Both the position numbers and the translations under genes were made by a program. From a virus, in IMG/VR virus record IMGVR_UViG_3300046694_000196, positions 32,001-96,000 of that record: 64,000 bases of DNA; one strand, written 5' to 3'. This document shows positions 26,939 through 36,185 of the stretch, in pieces. The notes below the pieces were generated by a model. The model had not been told where the DNA came from, searched no databases, and saw only the letters and a program-made list of their open reading frames with translations. Numbering within the stretch: position 1 is the stretch's first letter; every line of letters starts with the position of its first letter.

Positions 26939-28221
26939 TGCCATCGGAGTCCTACATGATGAGACAAGTGAAGACCTACCGGGTCGGCGGCAGCGTCCGC
27001 GACGAGCTGATGTTCGTAGACCCCAAAGACCGTGACTACGTAGTGGTCGGCTCTAAGGAAGAGTGGATGCTGGGCGGCGGCTTCAAGCGAGTCGGCCACG
27101 ACTTCCCGGTGTTCCTGCACCCCGAGACGGGTGAAGAGTACGCGCTGGCACGCACCGAGCGTAAGACGGGTGCGGGCTACTCAGGCTTCGAGACAGAGAC
27201 CGAGGGCGTGTCCCTGACAGACGACCTGCGCCGCCGCGACTTGACTATCAACGCCATGGCCCTGGACGAAGAGACCGGTGAACTGGTCGACCCGTTCGGG
27301 GGCGAGCGAGACCTGCGAGACCGGGTCCTGCGACACGTGGACCCCGACGGCTTCAAGGAAGACCCTGTCCGGGTCCTGCGGCTGGCTCGCTTCCTGGCCA
27401 GGTGGCCTGGCTTCCTGCCCGCCAAGGACACCGTCAAGCTGTGCAGGGAGATGGTCGAGGCCGGAGAGCTGGCACACCTGACTCCCGAGCGAGTCACCGC
27501 CGAGATGACGAAGGCCCTGACCGAGAAGTCTCCGAGCCGGTTCTTCGTCTTCCTGCGGATGGTCGGCGCCCTGGCCGTAGTGTTCCCTGAGGTCCAGGCC
27601 CTGGCGGGGGTCGAGCAGCCCTACGAGCACCACCCCGAGGGAGACGCCTTCGTGCACACCATGACGGTGATGGACCAGGCCGTTGACTGGGACGGGACTA
27701 CAGACCCGTTGGAAGCTTTCGCCGCGCTGGTGCACGACCTGGGCAAGGCAAAGACTCCCCGCGAGAAATGGCCGCACCACTACGGCCACGAGGAGGCCGG
27801 CTACTGGGTCGTCCAGTCGATGGCAGACCGCCTGAAGTTGTCGAACGAGTACAGGCACGTCGGCGCCATGGTCGCCCGGTACCACATGCACGTCCACAAG
27901 CTGCACGAGCTGCGGGCCAAGACGGTGCTGAAGATGTACCAGGACGTCAACACCAAGAGCTACTCGCGAGTGACACAAGTGCTGGCGAACGTGGCGAGGT
28001 GGGACGCCTCCGGCCGCGGACCGTTCTACTCAGGGCGCCGCTACGACAACGCGGTCGTACTGGGAGACGTATTCGACGCGCTGGACGAAGTCAAGCTGTC
28101 GAACCACTTCGGCGAGGGACAGATATCAGAGATGACGGTACACGAGATCAAGGACTTCCTGTACAGGGAGAAGCTGAGGGTCATCGACGCAACTAGGAGC
28201 AGACACTATGATCGATACTGA
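26938..28221 (+). CDS. cca: CCA-adding tRNA nucleotidyltransferase with HD domain
   Basis: VGGSVRD, DRDYVVVG, DLRRRDLTINAMA, EDPVRVLRLARF, HHPEGDAFVHT, ALVHDLGK. Confidence 0.95.
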   Translation: MPSESYMMRQVKTYRVGGSVRDELMFVDPKDRDYVVVGSKEEWMLGGGFKRVGHDFPVFLHPETGEEYALARTERKTGAGYSGFETETEGVSLTDDLRRRDLTINAMALDEETGELVDPFGGERDLRDRVLRHVDPDGFKEDPVRVLRLARFLARWPGFLPAKDTVKLCREMVEAGELAHLTPERVTAEMTKALTEKSPSRFFVFLRMVGALAVVFPEVQALAGVEQPYEHHPEGDAFVHTMTVMDQAVDWDGTTDPLEAFAALVHDLGKAKTPREKWPHHYGHEEAGYWVVQSMADRLKLSNEYRHVGAMVARYHMHVHKLHELRAKTVLKMYQDVNTKSYSRVTQVLANVARWDASGRGPFYSGRRYDNAVVLGDVFDALDEVKLSNHFGEGQISEMTVHEIKDFLYREKLRVIDATRSRHYDRY

Positions 28222-28447
28222 AGACAAGAGAAACGGTGAATGGAACCCGATCGAAACGGTCCCAAAGGACGGCGGCTGTTTCGAAGTTCTCTATGAGGAC
28301 GGGACTACTGAGCAAGAAGTGTATTGGAGCGATACCCGGTATTGCATGATAGGCCCTCCTCAAGGTTCTTGCGGTCCTGGGCTTCTCTCTACCGAAGCAG
28401 GCCACCTACCGATCGGTGACGGGATAACCCACTGGCGCCTAGCGTAG
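28208..28447 (+). CDS. hypothetical protein
   Basis: WNPIETVPKDG...ITHWR phage small-protein pattern. Confidence 0.7.
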   Translation: MIDTEDKRNGEWNPIETVPKDGGCFEVLYEDGTTEQEVYWSDTRYCMIGPPQGSCGPGLLSTEAGHLPIGDGITHWRLA

Positions 28448-28474
28448 AATAGAGTCAGACAAGGAGATCATACC

Positions 28475-28768
28475 GTGGAAGACAAGAGAAACTACGTCGT
28501 CTTTCGTGACGACCTGGGAAACCGAATGCTGCTGTCGGGCGTGTACGACCAGGGCGCAGACTTCTGGCGATGCCTAGAAATATCACTGACGCTCGGCATC
28601 ACGAGGGAAGACGACTTCTACGAGGTACCGATCGTGGACGACGAGCTGTGCTTCCCGCACGTGAAAGTCGAAGTGACGCACCCGTCCTTCTTCCACGGGT
28701 ACTGTGACGGGTACCTCATCGGCGGACCGACTTTCGACGAGGTAGCGAGGGAGTCCGGCGATGCCTAA
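28475..28768 (+). CDS. hypothetical protein
   Basis: 97 aa, AAGGAG RBS. Confidence 0.7.
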   Translation: MEDKRNYVVFRDDLGNRMLLSGVYDQGADFWRCLEISLTLGITREDDFYEVPIVDDELCFPHVKVEVTHPSFFHGYCDGYLIGGPTFDEVARESGDA

Positions 28769-29738
28769 CCACCTCCGACACCTGGAAGACATGATGCTCC
28801 TCGAGGGGAGGGCCGGGTTCGACAAGGCCCTCCGGGTCTTCCGAGACCTCACGTCGGGGGAGCTGCAGCACTTCAGCGTCAAGTACGACGGCGCGCCCGC
28901 GGTCTTCTTCGGCAAGACTCGATACGGAGAGTTCGTCGCGACGAAGTCGATCTTCAACAAGAAGCCGGTCGCGTTCTACTCGTTCCTGGACTCACGACTA
29001 GACGACATGCCGGAAGGACTCGCCCGCAAGGTAAGGGCCCTGCTACTGTCCTGCCTGTCCCTGCCGATGAACAGCGCGGTCCAGTGCGACCTACTCTTTT
29101 CCGAAGAAAGTGACAAAGCACACACTGTGCTGCTAGACGGCTACGGGAAACAGAACGAGAGGAAGTACGTGACTCTCCACCCGAACGTGATACGGTACCA
29201 CTTTCGAGAGGGCACGCCCGATGCATCACGGATAGAGTTCTCTTGCGTAGGCCTCGTACCCCACACCTACTACTCGGTCGACGACGAGCTCAGACTGGCT
29301 CCGTGCGCGGCGTTCGACGTCGAGTGGTCGCGGTACGTCTTCACGATGGACACACACCTGCGGGGCACTGCGCTCAACGTCACTCCCGTCATGTTCCGTC
29401 GTACTCCCCCGTCTTCGTTCGAGACCGCCCACACCCCCCAGACGATGAACGGCTACGTCAGGGCCGGCCGGTCTTTCCCCGCCGACAACCCGGTCGAAGA
29501 CGCGTACAAGTGGCTCTCTGAGATGAAGGACTACCTTCTCTCTCAGGTGATGGAACGCGAAGAATCGTGGGCGACGAGGCGCACCTTCTTGACCGTCGCG
29601 GGGCACGAGATCGACACCAGCCACGAGGGCCTGGTGTACGACAACGGTGAGTTCTCCTGCAAGCTGGTGAACCGGAGGGAGTTCTCGATCGCGAACTTCT
29701 CGCAAGACTACGTCAGAGGGTGGAAGCCGAATAAATAA
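28761..29738 (+). CDS. DUF6267-like protein with ligase-type KxDG motif
   Basis: HLEDMMLLEG, SVKYDGAPAVFFG, FVATKSIFNK, HEGLV, KLVNRREFSIANF. Confidence 0.7.
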   Translation: MPNHLRHLEDMMLLEGRAGFDKALRVFRDLTSGELQHFSVKYDGAPAVFFGKTRYGEFVATKSIFNKKPVAFYSFLDSRLDDMPEGLARKVRALLLSCLSLPMNSAVQCDLLFSEESDKAHTVLLDGYGKQNERKYVTLHPNVIRYHFREGTPDASRIEFSCVGLVPHTYYSVDDELRLAPCAAFDVEWSRYVFTMDTHLRGTALNVTPVMFRRTPPSSFETAHTPQTMNGYVRAGRSFPADNPVEDAYKWLSEMKDYLLSQVMEREESWATRRTFLTVAGHEIDTSHEGLVYDNGEFSCKLVNRREFSIANFSQDYVRGWKPNK

Positions 29739-29757
29739 AAATAAACGGAGTACAAGG

Positions 29758-30018
29758 ATGCTGAAGCTTCTAGGCGCACTGTGCGGCGTGTCGATACTGA
29801 CAACCGTCTTCCTCCTGACGCAGATGCCCGTCACCACCGACGCAGCCAGCGTAAACCTGATAAAGGTCATCGGAGAACTGAACTCGCAGATCGGGGAACT
29901 TGAGACCACTGTCTCGTCTCTCCAAGACAAGGTGAACAACATTGACCAGAACTACGCCGAAGCGAACAAAGACGGGGCTTCCCCGAAGCAAGGTAGACAC
30001 GACTCCGCGGCTCAATGA
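29758..30018 (+). CDS. membrane-anchored coiled-coil protein
   Basis: N-terminal TM/signal; ATAAATA upstream. Confidence 0.65.
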   Translation: MLKLLGALCGVSILTTVFLLTQMPVTTDAASVNLIKVIGELNSQIGELETTVSSLQDKVNNIDQNYAEANKDGASPKQGRHDSAAQ

Positions 30019-30622
30019 GACAGTAGTCTTCACCTGGGCCAGGATGAACCCCCCGACGGTCGGCCACGAGAAGCTGATCGAGGCTATGCTAGCAGTACCC
30101 GGTGACCACGTGGTCCACCTGTCCCACTCTGCCGGCGGCAAGCGCAACCCCCTCTCATACGAAGACAAGCTGGCCTACGCCCGAGAAGCGTTCGGAGACG
30201 TCGTGCAAGAGTCGTCATCGACTAACATAGCGTCGTCACTAGTGGCGCTCGGAGAACAGTACGCGAACCTCGTACTCGTGGTCGGTGACGACCGGGTCGC
30301 AGAGTTCTCCGAGATGCTAGAGAAGTACAACGAGCGGGACTTCCACTTCGAGTCCTGGCAGGTCCTGTCCGCGGGCGCCCGTCGCCCCAACGGGGTCGCG
30401 GTTGAGGGAGTGTCGGCGTCGATGGTCCGAGAGGCCTGCGTGGCCGAGGACCTGGGCACGGTCCGGTGGTGCCTGCCTGACAGGCTCGCGCCATTCGCAG
30501 AAGAGATCATCGAGAAGGTCAAGGCCGTCCATACCGTAGAGGAGTCCCTCAAGACGGTACAGTCACTCAAGCGGCGCCAGGCCCGAGACGTGGTCCGGAA
30601 GGCAGTGTCCCGCCTGAAGTAA
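29942..30622 (+). CDS. cytidyltransferase-like (HIGH-superfamily) nucleotidyltransferase
   Basis: FTWARMNPPTVGHEKL, VVGDDRV, VSASMVR; start position uncertain. Confidence 0.85.
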   Translation: MTRTTPKRTKTGLPRSKVDTTPRLNETVVFTWARMNPPTVGHEKLIEAMLAVPGDHVVHLSHSAGGKRNPLSYEDKLAYAREAFGDVVQESSSTNIASSLVALGEQYANLVLVVGDDRVAEFSEMLEKYNERDFHFESWQVLSAGARRPNGVAVEGVSASMVREACVAEDLGTVRWCLPDRLAPFAEEIIEKVKAVHTVEESLKTVQSLKRRQARDVVRKAVSRLK

Positions 30623-30636
30623 GCGGCTCCCGAAAT

Positions 30637-30644
30637 ATAAATAG
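30637..30644 (+). promoter_or_regulatory. T4-type late promoter
   Basis: TATAAATA upstream of structural gene. Confidence 0.75.
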
Positions 30645-30676
30645 GACGAGAAATTCATCCTATCGGGAGAGCGACC

Positions 30677-31234
30677 ATGCCACTTTGGGGCAATCGAGAC
30701 CAGTATTCAGACGCGCCGAAGTTCACGACGCAGGTCACCAATGGCCAGACGGGCCAGCAGCAGTACGGTAACACCGTATTCCTCGCGGACAACGTCGAAG
30801 TCTCTGTGAACAAGGCCATCGCGGCACCCGGTTGGGTCAGGCGCACGGTAGGCACCGGCGCGGTGGCCTCCATCACCATCACCTCGGGCGGCACACTCTA
30901 CGCGAACGCTGACACCATCACCGTCTCTGGCGGAGCCACGAACGCCGCCGCTAACGTCGTGACCAACGGAAACGGCGTCATCACTGCCGTTAACGTGACC
31001 AACCCCGGCTCCGGCTTCACTTCTGCGCCGACTATCGCGGTCACCACCTCGACCGGCTCCAACGCGACCTTCGCCGCAGTCCTCAACGGCCGCGCAGGAC
31101 GCGTGTCCTGGGAGACCCTGGTGGCTATCTCGGGCCCGATCACTACAGACGCGGTGTCCTTCTCGAACACTTCTACCGCTAACGTGGCAAACTCCACCGG
31201 AACGGCTGACGACTCCGTCCTCCCTGACGCTTAA
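30677..31234 (+). CDS. virion structural protein (G/T/N/A-rich)
   Basis: MPLWGNRD, PGWV, ETLVA motifs of T4-like virion proteins; late promoter. Confidence 0.7.
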   Translation: MPLWGNRDQYSDAPKFTTQVTNGQTGQQQYGNTVFLADNVEVSVNKAIAAPGWVRRTVGTGAVASITITSGGTLYANADTITVSGGATNAAANVVTNGNGVITAVNVTNPGSGFTSAPTIAVTTSTGSNATFAAVLNGRAGRVSWETLVAISGPITTDAVSFSNTSTANVANSTGTADDSVLPDA

Positions 31235-31245
31235 CGGAGGCAGCC

Positions 31246-31518
31246 TTGGCTGACGAACCGAACGAGGGCCTCTTCCTGAGCACGAAGAGGCTCAGCTTCA
31301 TCCTATCGCTCGTCACCATGTCCAGCGTCATCTTCGGGGGCTTCTCGACGGTGACCGGCTACGTCTACCGAGTCCAGAAGATCGAGAGCGACCTCACGGT
31401 GGTCTTCGCGCAGACGTCAAAGATGGTCGACAAGGTCGGGACTCTCAATGACCAGCTCGTGTCACTGACCATCACGGTCAACAGGATAGAAGAGCGACAG
31501 GACATGCGAAACAGATAA
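31246..31518 (+). CDS. membrane protein with coiled coil
   Basis: single TM, TTG start with GGAGG. Confidence 0.65.
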   Translation: MADEPNEGLFLSTKRLSFILSLVTMSSVIFGGFSTVTGYVYRVQKIESDLTVVFAQTSKMVDKVGTLNDQLVSLTITVNRIEERQDMRNR

Positions 31519-31910
31519 TGTATGAACGGCTGGACGACTCAAACTTCATCCTGTACGCGGCGAGGCACTACGACAACCCCCACTGCTTCGACGACGAGGA
31601 GTTCTTTGACGACCTCAAGAGGTTCAAGTACCTCAAGAAGCTGTTCAAGAAGTACCGGGACTCGGGGGTGCTGCGCGAGCGGCTCATCCTGAACCACGTC
31701 ATAGTCATCTACAACTTGTTCGGGCCGGAACCCGCCACCCGGATGCTCTTCAGCAAGATGGACGGCTACTACCCCGAGCTCAAGGCCTGCCTGCTCTTCC
31801 TCAACTACATGCCCCCGAAAGTCTACAACGTCGGCCCCGAGAACTCCACTGTCTCGTCGGCCGACGTCGTCGTAGACGGGCGCATGCTGGAATCGCTGAG
31901 GTCGATATGA
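31518..31910 (+). CDS. conserved T4-like hypothetical protein
   Basis: NFILYAARHYDNPHC...DLKRFKYLK...ERLILNHVIVIYNLFG. Confidence 0.85.
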   Translation: MYERLDDSNFILYAARHYDNPHCFDDEEFFDDLKRFKYLKKLFKKYRDSGVLRERLILNHVIVIYNLFGPEPATRMLFSKMDGYYPELKACLLFLNYMPPKVYNVGPENSTVSSADVVVDGRMLESLRSI

Positions 31911-32065
31911 GCGAGCCAGTCAACGTCACGGGGAACGTATCGGGCATAGGCTCGCGCGGGGTGGACGACAAGCTGAAGGTACCCAAGTCTGCAGCTGAGA
32001 AATACAAGAAGAGGAACCGGCTAGGGTTCCTCGAGTTCGTCCGTAGAGGCAAGCCCGGCGTCTGA
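31907..32065 (+). CDS. small hypothetical protein (52 aa, not in ORF track)
   Basis: ATG overlaps upstream stop; ends in terminator. Confidence 0.6.
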   Translation: MSEPVNVTGNVSGIGSRGVDDKLKVPKSAAEKYKKRNRLGFLEFVRRGKPGV

Positions 32066-32075
32066 CCGGGCTTTT
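32051..32075 (+). terminator. rho-independent terminator
   Basis: AAGCCCGG-7nt-CCGGGCTTTT. Confidence 0.8.
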
Positions 32076-32122
32076 CTGTGCTTACTTTAAGTTAAACGTT
32101 GGTAATGTATGCATTCTATGGG

Positions 32123-32150
32123 TTGACAACTTTTCTAACTTTGGTATAAT
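32123..32150 (+). promoter_or_regulatory. early promoter
   Basis: TTGACA-N16-TATAAT, no ORF directly downstream. Confidence 0.75.
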
Positions 32151-32154
32151 AGCA

Positions 32155-32375
32155 ACTGCTGCTTCTCATGATAACCACTGAAATTTCGAAGCTTGCTTCG
32201 ACTTGAGCTTGCTCAAGGAAACGACTGAACGCGTAGCGATACGAACCAGTCGTGAACGGGAAGAGAGATGCATGCTCGTCATTTCCGTATCAATGACAAA
32301 GTGTGTCCTCCGGACCCGTGCTCTCCCGCCGGTACTCTGACTCGGTCCCTCCGGGACGGAGCGAGCTCCCGACTT
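32155..32375 (+). other. structured non-coding region (candidate origin or ncRNA)
   Basis: at least five consecutive inverted repeats between two promoters, upstream of primase. Confidence 0.55.
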
Positions 32376-32380
32376 ACTGG

Positions 32381-32409
32381 TTGACACTGTGTCGACTAGG
32401 TGATACTAT
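32381..32409 (+). promoter_or_regulatory. promoter for primase
   Basis: TTGACA-N17-TACTAT. Confidence 0.75.
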
Positions 32410-32427
32410 AGACCTTTCCAATCACGA

Positions 32428-33459
32428 ATGGCTTTCATGAGCGACCTCTACGTCGACCAGAAATACGCGTCCATCATCTCCTCTTCCCTCGAGATGGTCA
32501 AGGACAAGTCGGACTCCAAGTTCAAGCTAAACTTTAGGTGTCCGTTCTGCGGGGACTCCAACAAGTCCAAGTACAAGACCCGCGGGTGGCTGTTCGAGTC
32601 AGGAGACCGACTGGCGTACAAGTGCTTCAACTGCGGCGTGTCTCCCCCGTTCGGCAAGGTGATACAGACCGTGTCTCCCCACCTCTACCGGGAGTACTGC
32701 ATCGAGCAGTTCCGCCGAGAACCCCCGAAGCGCGCCGTCAAGACGACCGAGCATCCCTCACCCTTCGAAGAGAAGGCCGAGTTCACCCTCAGGGGAGTCA
32801 CGTCGATCCGTGACCTCTCTGACAACCACCCCGCGAAGCAGTACGTCCTCGGTCGTAAGATTCCCGAGTTCATCCTGGGAGACGTCTACTACGCCCACGA
32901 GTTCTACAAGTGGGTCAATGAGACCCTGGTGCCCGACAAGTTCCGCGTGAGGCGAGACGAGCCCAGGATAGTGTTCACCCTTCGGAGGCGAGACGGCTCG
33001 GTGTTCGGCATACAGGGCCGATCGCTGGACCCGGACTCTACGCTGCGGTACGTCACCGTGCGCACCGAGGACTCTGACGACCCCAAGATATTCGGCGTGG
33101 ACCGGTGGGACCCCGACGTCAAGACGTACGTCGTAGAGGGACCGATCGACTCGCTGTTCCTCCCCAATTGCCTGGCGATGGTGGGCTCGGAGGCCCGACT
33201 TGACCGCGTAGTCAACAAGGAGTTGACCACCGTGGTGCTGGACAACGAGCGGCGCAACCGCGAGATCGTGGCCGTCATGAATAAATACGTACTCGACGGA
33301 TGGCAGGTGTGTATCTGGCCAGACGACTTCAAGCACAAGGACCTCAACGACGCGATCAGAGCGGGGTACAGCCCCGAAGAACTCGAGGGCGTAGTCGCGT
33401 CCAACACCTACCGCGGCGCAGCCGCTGCCCTAAAGATGAAGTATTGGAACAAGACATGA
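32428..33459 (+). CDS. 61: DNA primase
   Basis: CPFCGDS...YKCFNCG zinc finger, QGRSL, VVEGPIDSLF, DNE, KDLND (TOPRIM). Confidence 0.97.
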   Translation: MAFMSDLYVDQKYASIISSSLEMVKDKSDSKFKLNFRCPFCGDSNKSKYKTRGWLFESGDRLAYKCFNCGVSPPFGKVIQTVSPHLYREYCIEQFRREPPKRAVKTTEHPSPFEEKAEFTLRGVTSIRDLSDNHPAKQYVLGRKIPEFILGDVYYAHEFYKWVNETLVPDKFRVRRDEPRIVFTLRRRDGSVFGIQGRSLDPDSTLRYVTVRTEDSDDPKIFGVDRWDPDVKTYVVEGPIDSLFLPNCLAMVGSEARLDRVVNKELTTVVLDNERRNREIVAVMNKYVLDGWQVCIWPDDFKHKDLNDAIRAGYSPEELEGVVASNTYRGAAAALKMKYWNKT

Positions 33460-33680
33460 AGATGTACGTCACGCGCGTCGAGATAGTCGACGGGCAGCTC
33501 TCTATAGTTTTCCCTCCCGGCTTCCTAGACAAGCTGGACCTGAAGCACGACCAGTTCCTGCTCTGGGAAATTTCCGACGAACAAATTTTAATCAAGAAAA
33601 AAATTCAAACAGGAAGCAAGCATGACGCAAAACTCGACCGTCTCGACGACGAAACTACTGTCCGAGGCGAAGTTCTTTGA
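33456..33680 (+). CDS. AbrB/SpoVT-like small DNA-binding protein
   Basis: GQLSIVFPPGFLDKLDLKHDQFLLWEI swapped-hairpin pattern. Confidence 0.55.
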   Translation: MKMYVTRVEIVDGQLSIVFPPGFLDKLDLKHDQFLLWEISDEQILIKKKIQTGSKHDAKLDRLDDETTVRGEVL

Positions 33681-35844
33681 GGCCTACTCGAGGTGGGACG
33701 ACGGTCTAGGGAGGTACGAGACCTGGTCAGAGGCTGTAGGACGCGTCATGACCATGCACAGGAAGAGGTACGCGCGACAGCTCCGTGAGAGCGACGAGCT
33801 CGGTGAGGCGTTCGCGTCTGCCCAGAGCGCCTACGAAGACAAGCTCGTCCTCGGGGCGCAGAGGGCGCTGCAGTTCGGGGGAGAACAGATCCTCAAGAAC
33901 AACATGAAGATGTACAACTGCACCAGCACGTACGCGGACCGCCCCAGGGCCTTCGGAGAGATCTTCTGGGCACTGCTGTCGGGCTCCGGCGTCGGGTTCA
34001 GCGTCCAGAAACAGCACGTCGACAAGCTGCCCGACGTGGCAGAGCGAAAGAAGCAGCCCAAGATATTCGTCATCGCAGACTCTATCGAGGGCTGGGCCGA
34101 CTCACTGGCCGTGCTCATGTCCTCGTTCTTCGTCGGCGGTGGTACGCACCCCGAGTACGAGGGCAGGAGGGTGTTCTTCGACACCACGAAGATCCGTGAC
34201 AAGAACGCGTTCATCTCGGGGGGCTTCAAGGCGCCCGGCCCCGAACCGCTCAGGAGGGCGCTGGACAAGATCGAGCACCTCCTGCAGGGGCTCGTGCTCC
34301 GCGGAGTCAAGAGGCTCGAGCCCATTCACGTCTACGACGTCATCATGCATGCCTCTGACGCGGTGCTCTCAGGCGGCGTCAGACGCTCGGCCACCCTCTG
34401 CATGTTCTCCCTGGGAGACGAGGCGATGATGTCCGCCAAGACCGGTAACTGGTTCGCGGACAACCCCCAGCGCGCTCGCTCAAACAACTCCGTAGTCCTC
34501 ATTCGAGACCGGATCACGCGTGAGCAGTTCGCGGACGTCATGCAGAAGACCCGCGAGTTCGGAGAGCCGGGTTTCCTCTTCACCGAGAAAGAAGACTTCG
34601 CGTACAACCCGTGCGTCGAGGTGTCTATGCTCCCGTTCGACTTCACTACCGGCGAGTCGGGGTTTCAGGGCTGCAACCTCACTGAGATCAACGGCGGGAA
34701 GATGACCTCGAGGCAGACGTTCCTCGCCGCGTGCGAGGCCGCAGCGGTGCTCGGTACTATCCAGGCCGGGTACACTGACTTCCCCTACATGACTCCCGTT
34801 ACCAAGGCCATCTTCGAGCGAGAGGCCCTCCTGGGAGTCTCTATCACGGGCTGGATGAACAACCCCGAAGTGCTGTTCGACGAGGAGCTCCTCCGAGAGG
34901 GTGCCGAGCTCATCAAGAAGGTGAACCGGAGAGTGGCCGCGCTGCTCAACATCAACCCCGCCGCGCGCAGCACCGTCGTGAAGCCGTCTGGCACTGCCTC
35001 TATCATCCTCGAGACCGAGTCGGGCATACACGGCGGGCATTCCGCCAGGTCGTTCCGCAACGCCCAGATGAACAAGGAGTCCGAGGTAGTCCAGCTCATC
35101 CGTGCACAGAACCCCTACATGGTAGAGGAGTCCGTCTGGTCAGCCAACGGCACTGACTACGTGGTGTCCTTCCCGGTCACCGCTCCCCGAGGCACCGTCT
35201 TCAAGCGAGACTTGCTGGGAGTGAAGCTGCTCGAGAAGATACGCCTGGTACAGAACTCCTGGATCGAGGCCGGCACTGACGTCGACCTGTGCGTAGACCG
35301 CGGCCTGAGGCACAACGTGTCGAACACCGTCGACGTGCCCGCCGACAAGTGGGGCGAGGTCGAGGAGTACCTCTTCGAGAACAGGTCGTCCTTCGCGGGC
35401 GTGTCCCTCCTTCCCGCTACCGGTGACAAGGACTTCGCCCAGGCGCCGTTCACCTCGGTGCTCTCTGAGCAAGAGATACTCGACGCGTACGGCACCGCGT
35501 CTTTCTTCGCTTCGGGGCTCATCGTAGACGCGGCGAAGGTGTTCTCTAACCTGTGGCGTGCGATCGACGTCGTGAAGGACTCATCGCGGCAGACACAGGA
35601 GCGGCTCGACGTGCAGACCGACTGGATACGACGCTTCAAGAAGTTCGCAACTAACTACTTCGAGGGTGACGAGAAGAAGGCCGCGTACTGCCTCAAGGAC
35701 GTAGAGCTCCTGCACAAGTGGGAGAAGATACAGTCGAACTTCAAGGACGTCGACTTTGTGAGTAACCTGTCAGCCAAGAAGTTCACTTCGGTAGACACCA
35801 TGGCAGGCGCGGCCTGCTCGGGCGGAAGCTGCGAGTTGTTCTGA
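33622..35844 (+). CDS. nrdJ: class II (B12-dependent, monomeric RTPR-type) ribonucleotide reductase
   Basis: YSRW...ETW, MYNCT, GVGFSV, GGVRRSA, SNNSV, NPCVE, CNLTE, VKPSGT, C-terminal CSGGSC; no nrdB in window. Confidence 0.88.
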   Translation: MTQNSTVSTTKLLSEAKFFEAYSRWDDGLGRYETWSEAVGRVMTMHRKRYARQLRESDELGEAFASAQSAYEDKLVLGAQRALQFGGEQILKNNMKMYNCTSTYADRPRAFGEIFWALLSGSGVGFSVQKQHVDKLPDVAERKKQPKIFVIADSIEGWADSLAVLMSSFFVGGGTHPEYEGRRVFFDTTKIRDKNAFISGGFKAPGPEPLRRALDKIEHLLQGLVLRGVKRLEPIHVYDVIMHASDAVLSGGVRRSATLCMFSLGDEAMMSAKTGNWFADNPQRARSNNSVVLIRDRITREQFADVMQKTREFGEPGFLFTEKEDFAYNPCVEVSMLPFDFTTGESGFQGCNLTEINGGKMTSRQTFLAACEAAAVLGTIQAGYTDFPYMTPVTKAIFEREALLGVSITGWMNNPEVLFDEELLREGAELIKKVNRRVAALLNINPAARSTVVKPSGTASIILETESGIHGGHSARSFRNAQMNKESEVVQLIRAQNPYMVEESVWSANGTDYVVSFPVTAPRGTVFKRDLLGVKLLEKIRLVQNSWIEAGTDVDLCVDRGLRHNVSNTVDVPADKWGEVEEYLFENRSSFAGVSLLPATGDKDFAQAPFTSVLSEQEILDAYGTASFFASGLIVDAAKVFSNLWRAIDVVKDSSRQTQERLDVQTDWIRRFKKFATNYFEGDEKKAAYCLKDVELLHKWEKIQSNFKDVDFVSNLSAKKFTSVDTMAGAACSGGSCELF

Positions 35845-35845
35845 G

Positions 35846-36178
35846 TTGCTGCGTGAGATAACCCTGGCGGCCGTGATAGCCGCCTCCCCGCACAAGGCGT
35901 CAGCTGAGTGCGGGGTCGCTTCCTGGTACGACCTCGGAGGGAGGACCGCGTCGGGAGAGAAGATGAACGGGAAGAGACGGACCGCCGCGCACCGGACGAT
36001 CAAGTTCGGCACGGTCCTGAGGGTGACCAACCCGGCTAACGGGAAAGTTACCGAAGTAATAGTGAACGACCGGGGACCTTTCACCCGCGGGCGCGTGTTA
36101 GACCTGTCACGTGCCGCCGCGAACGACCTGGGAGTAGTCTCGAAGGGACACGCGAGGGTGTGCTTCTCCCGGCGATAA
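35846..36178 (+). CDS. RlpA-like DPBB lytic transglycosylase
   Basis: GVASWY, TASGE, TAAHRT, VNDRGPF, VLDLSRAAA. Confidence 0.9.
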   Translation: MLREITLAAVIAASPHKASAECGVASWYDLGGRTASGEKMNGKRRTAAHRTIKFGTVLRVTNPANGKVTEVIVNDRGPFTRGRVLDLSRAAANDLGVVSKGHARVCFSRR

Positions 36179-36185
36179 ATATCGC

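Noticed and set aside
30015-30026. ATG at 30015 as start of the cytidyltransferase
   Set aside because: It is out of frame (ATG AGA CAG TAG); the real start is upstream and remains uncertain.
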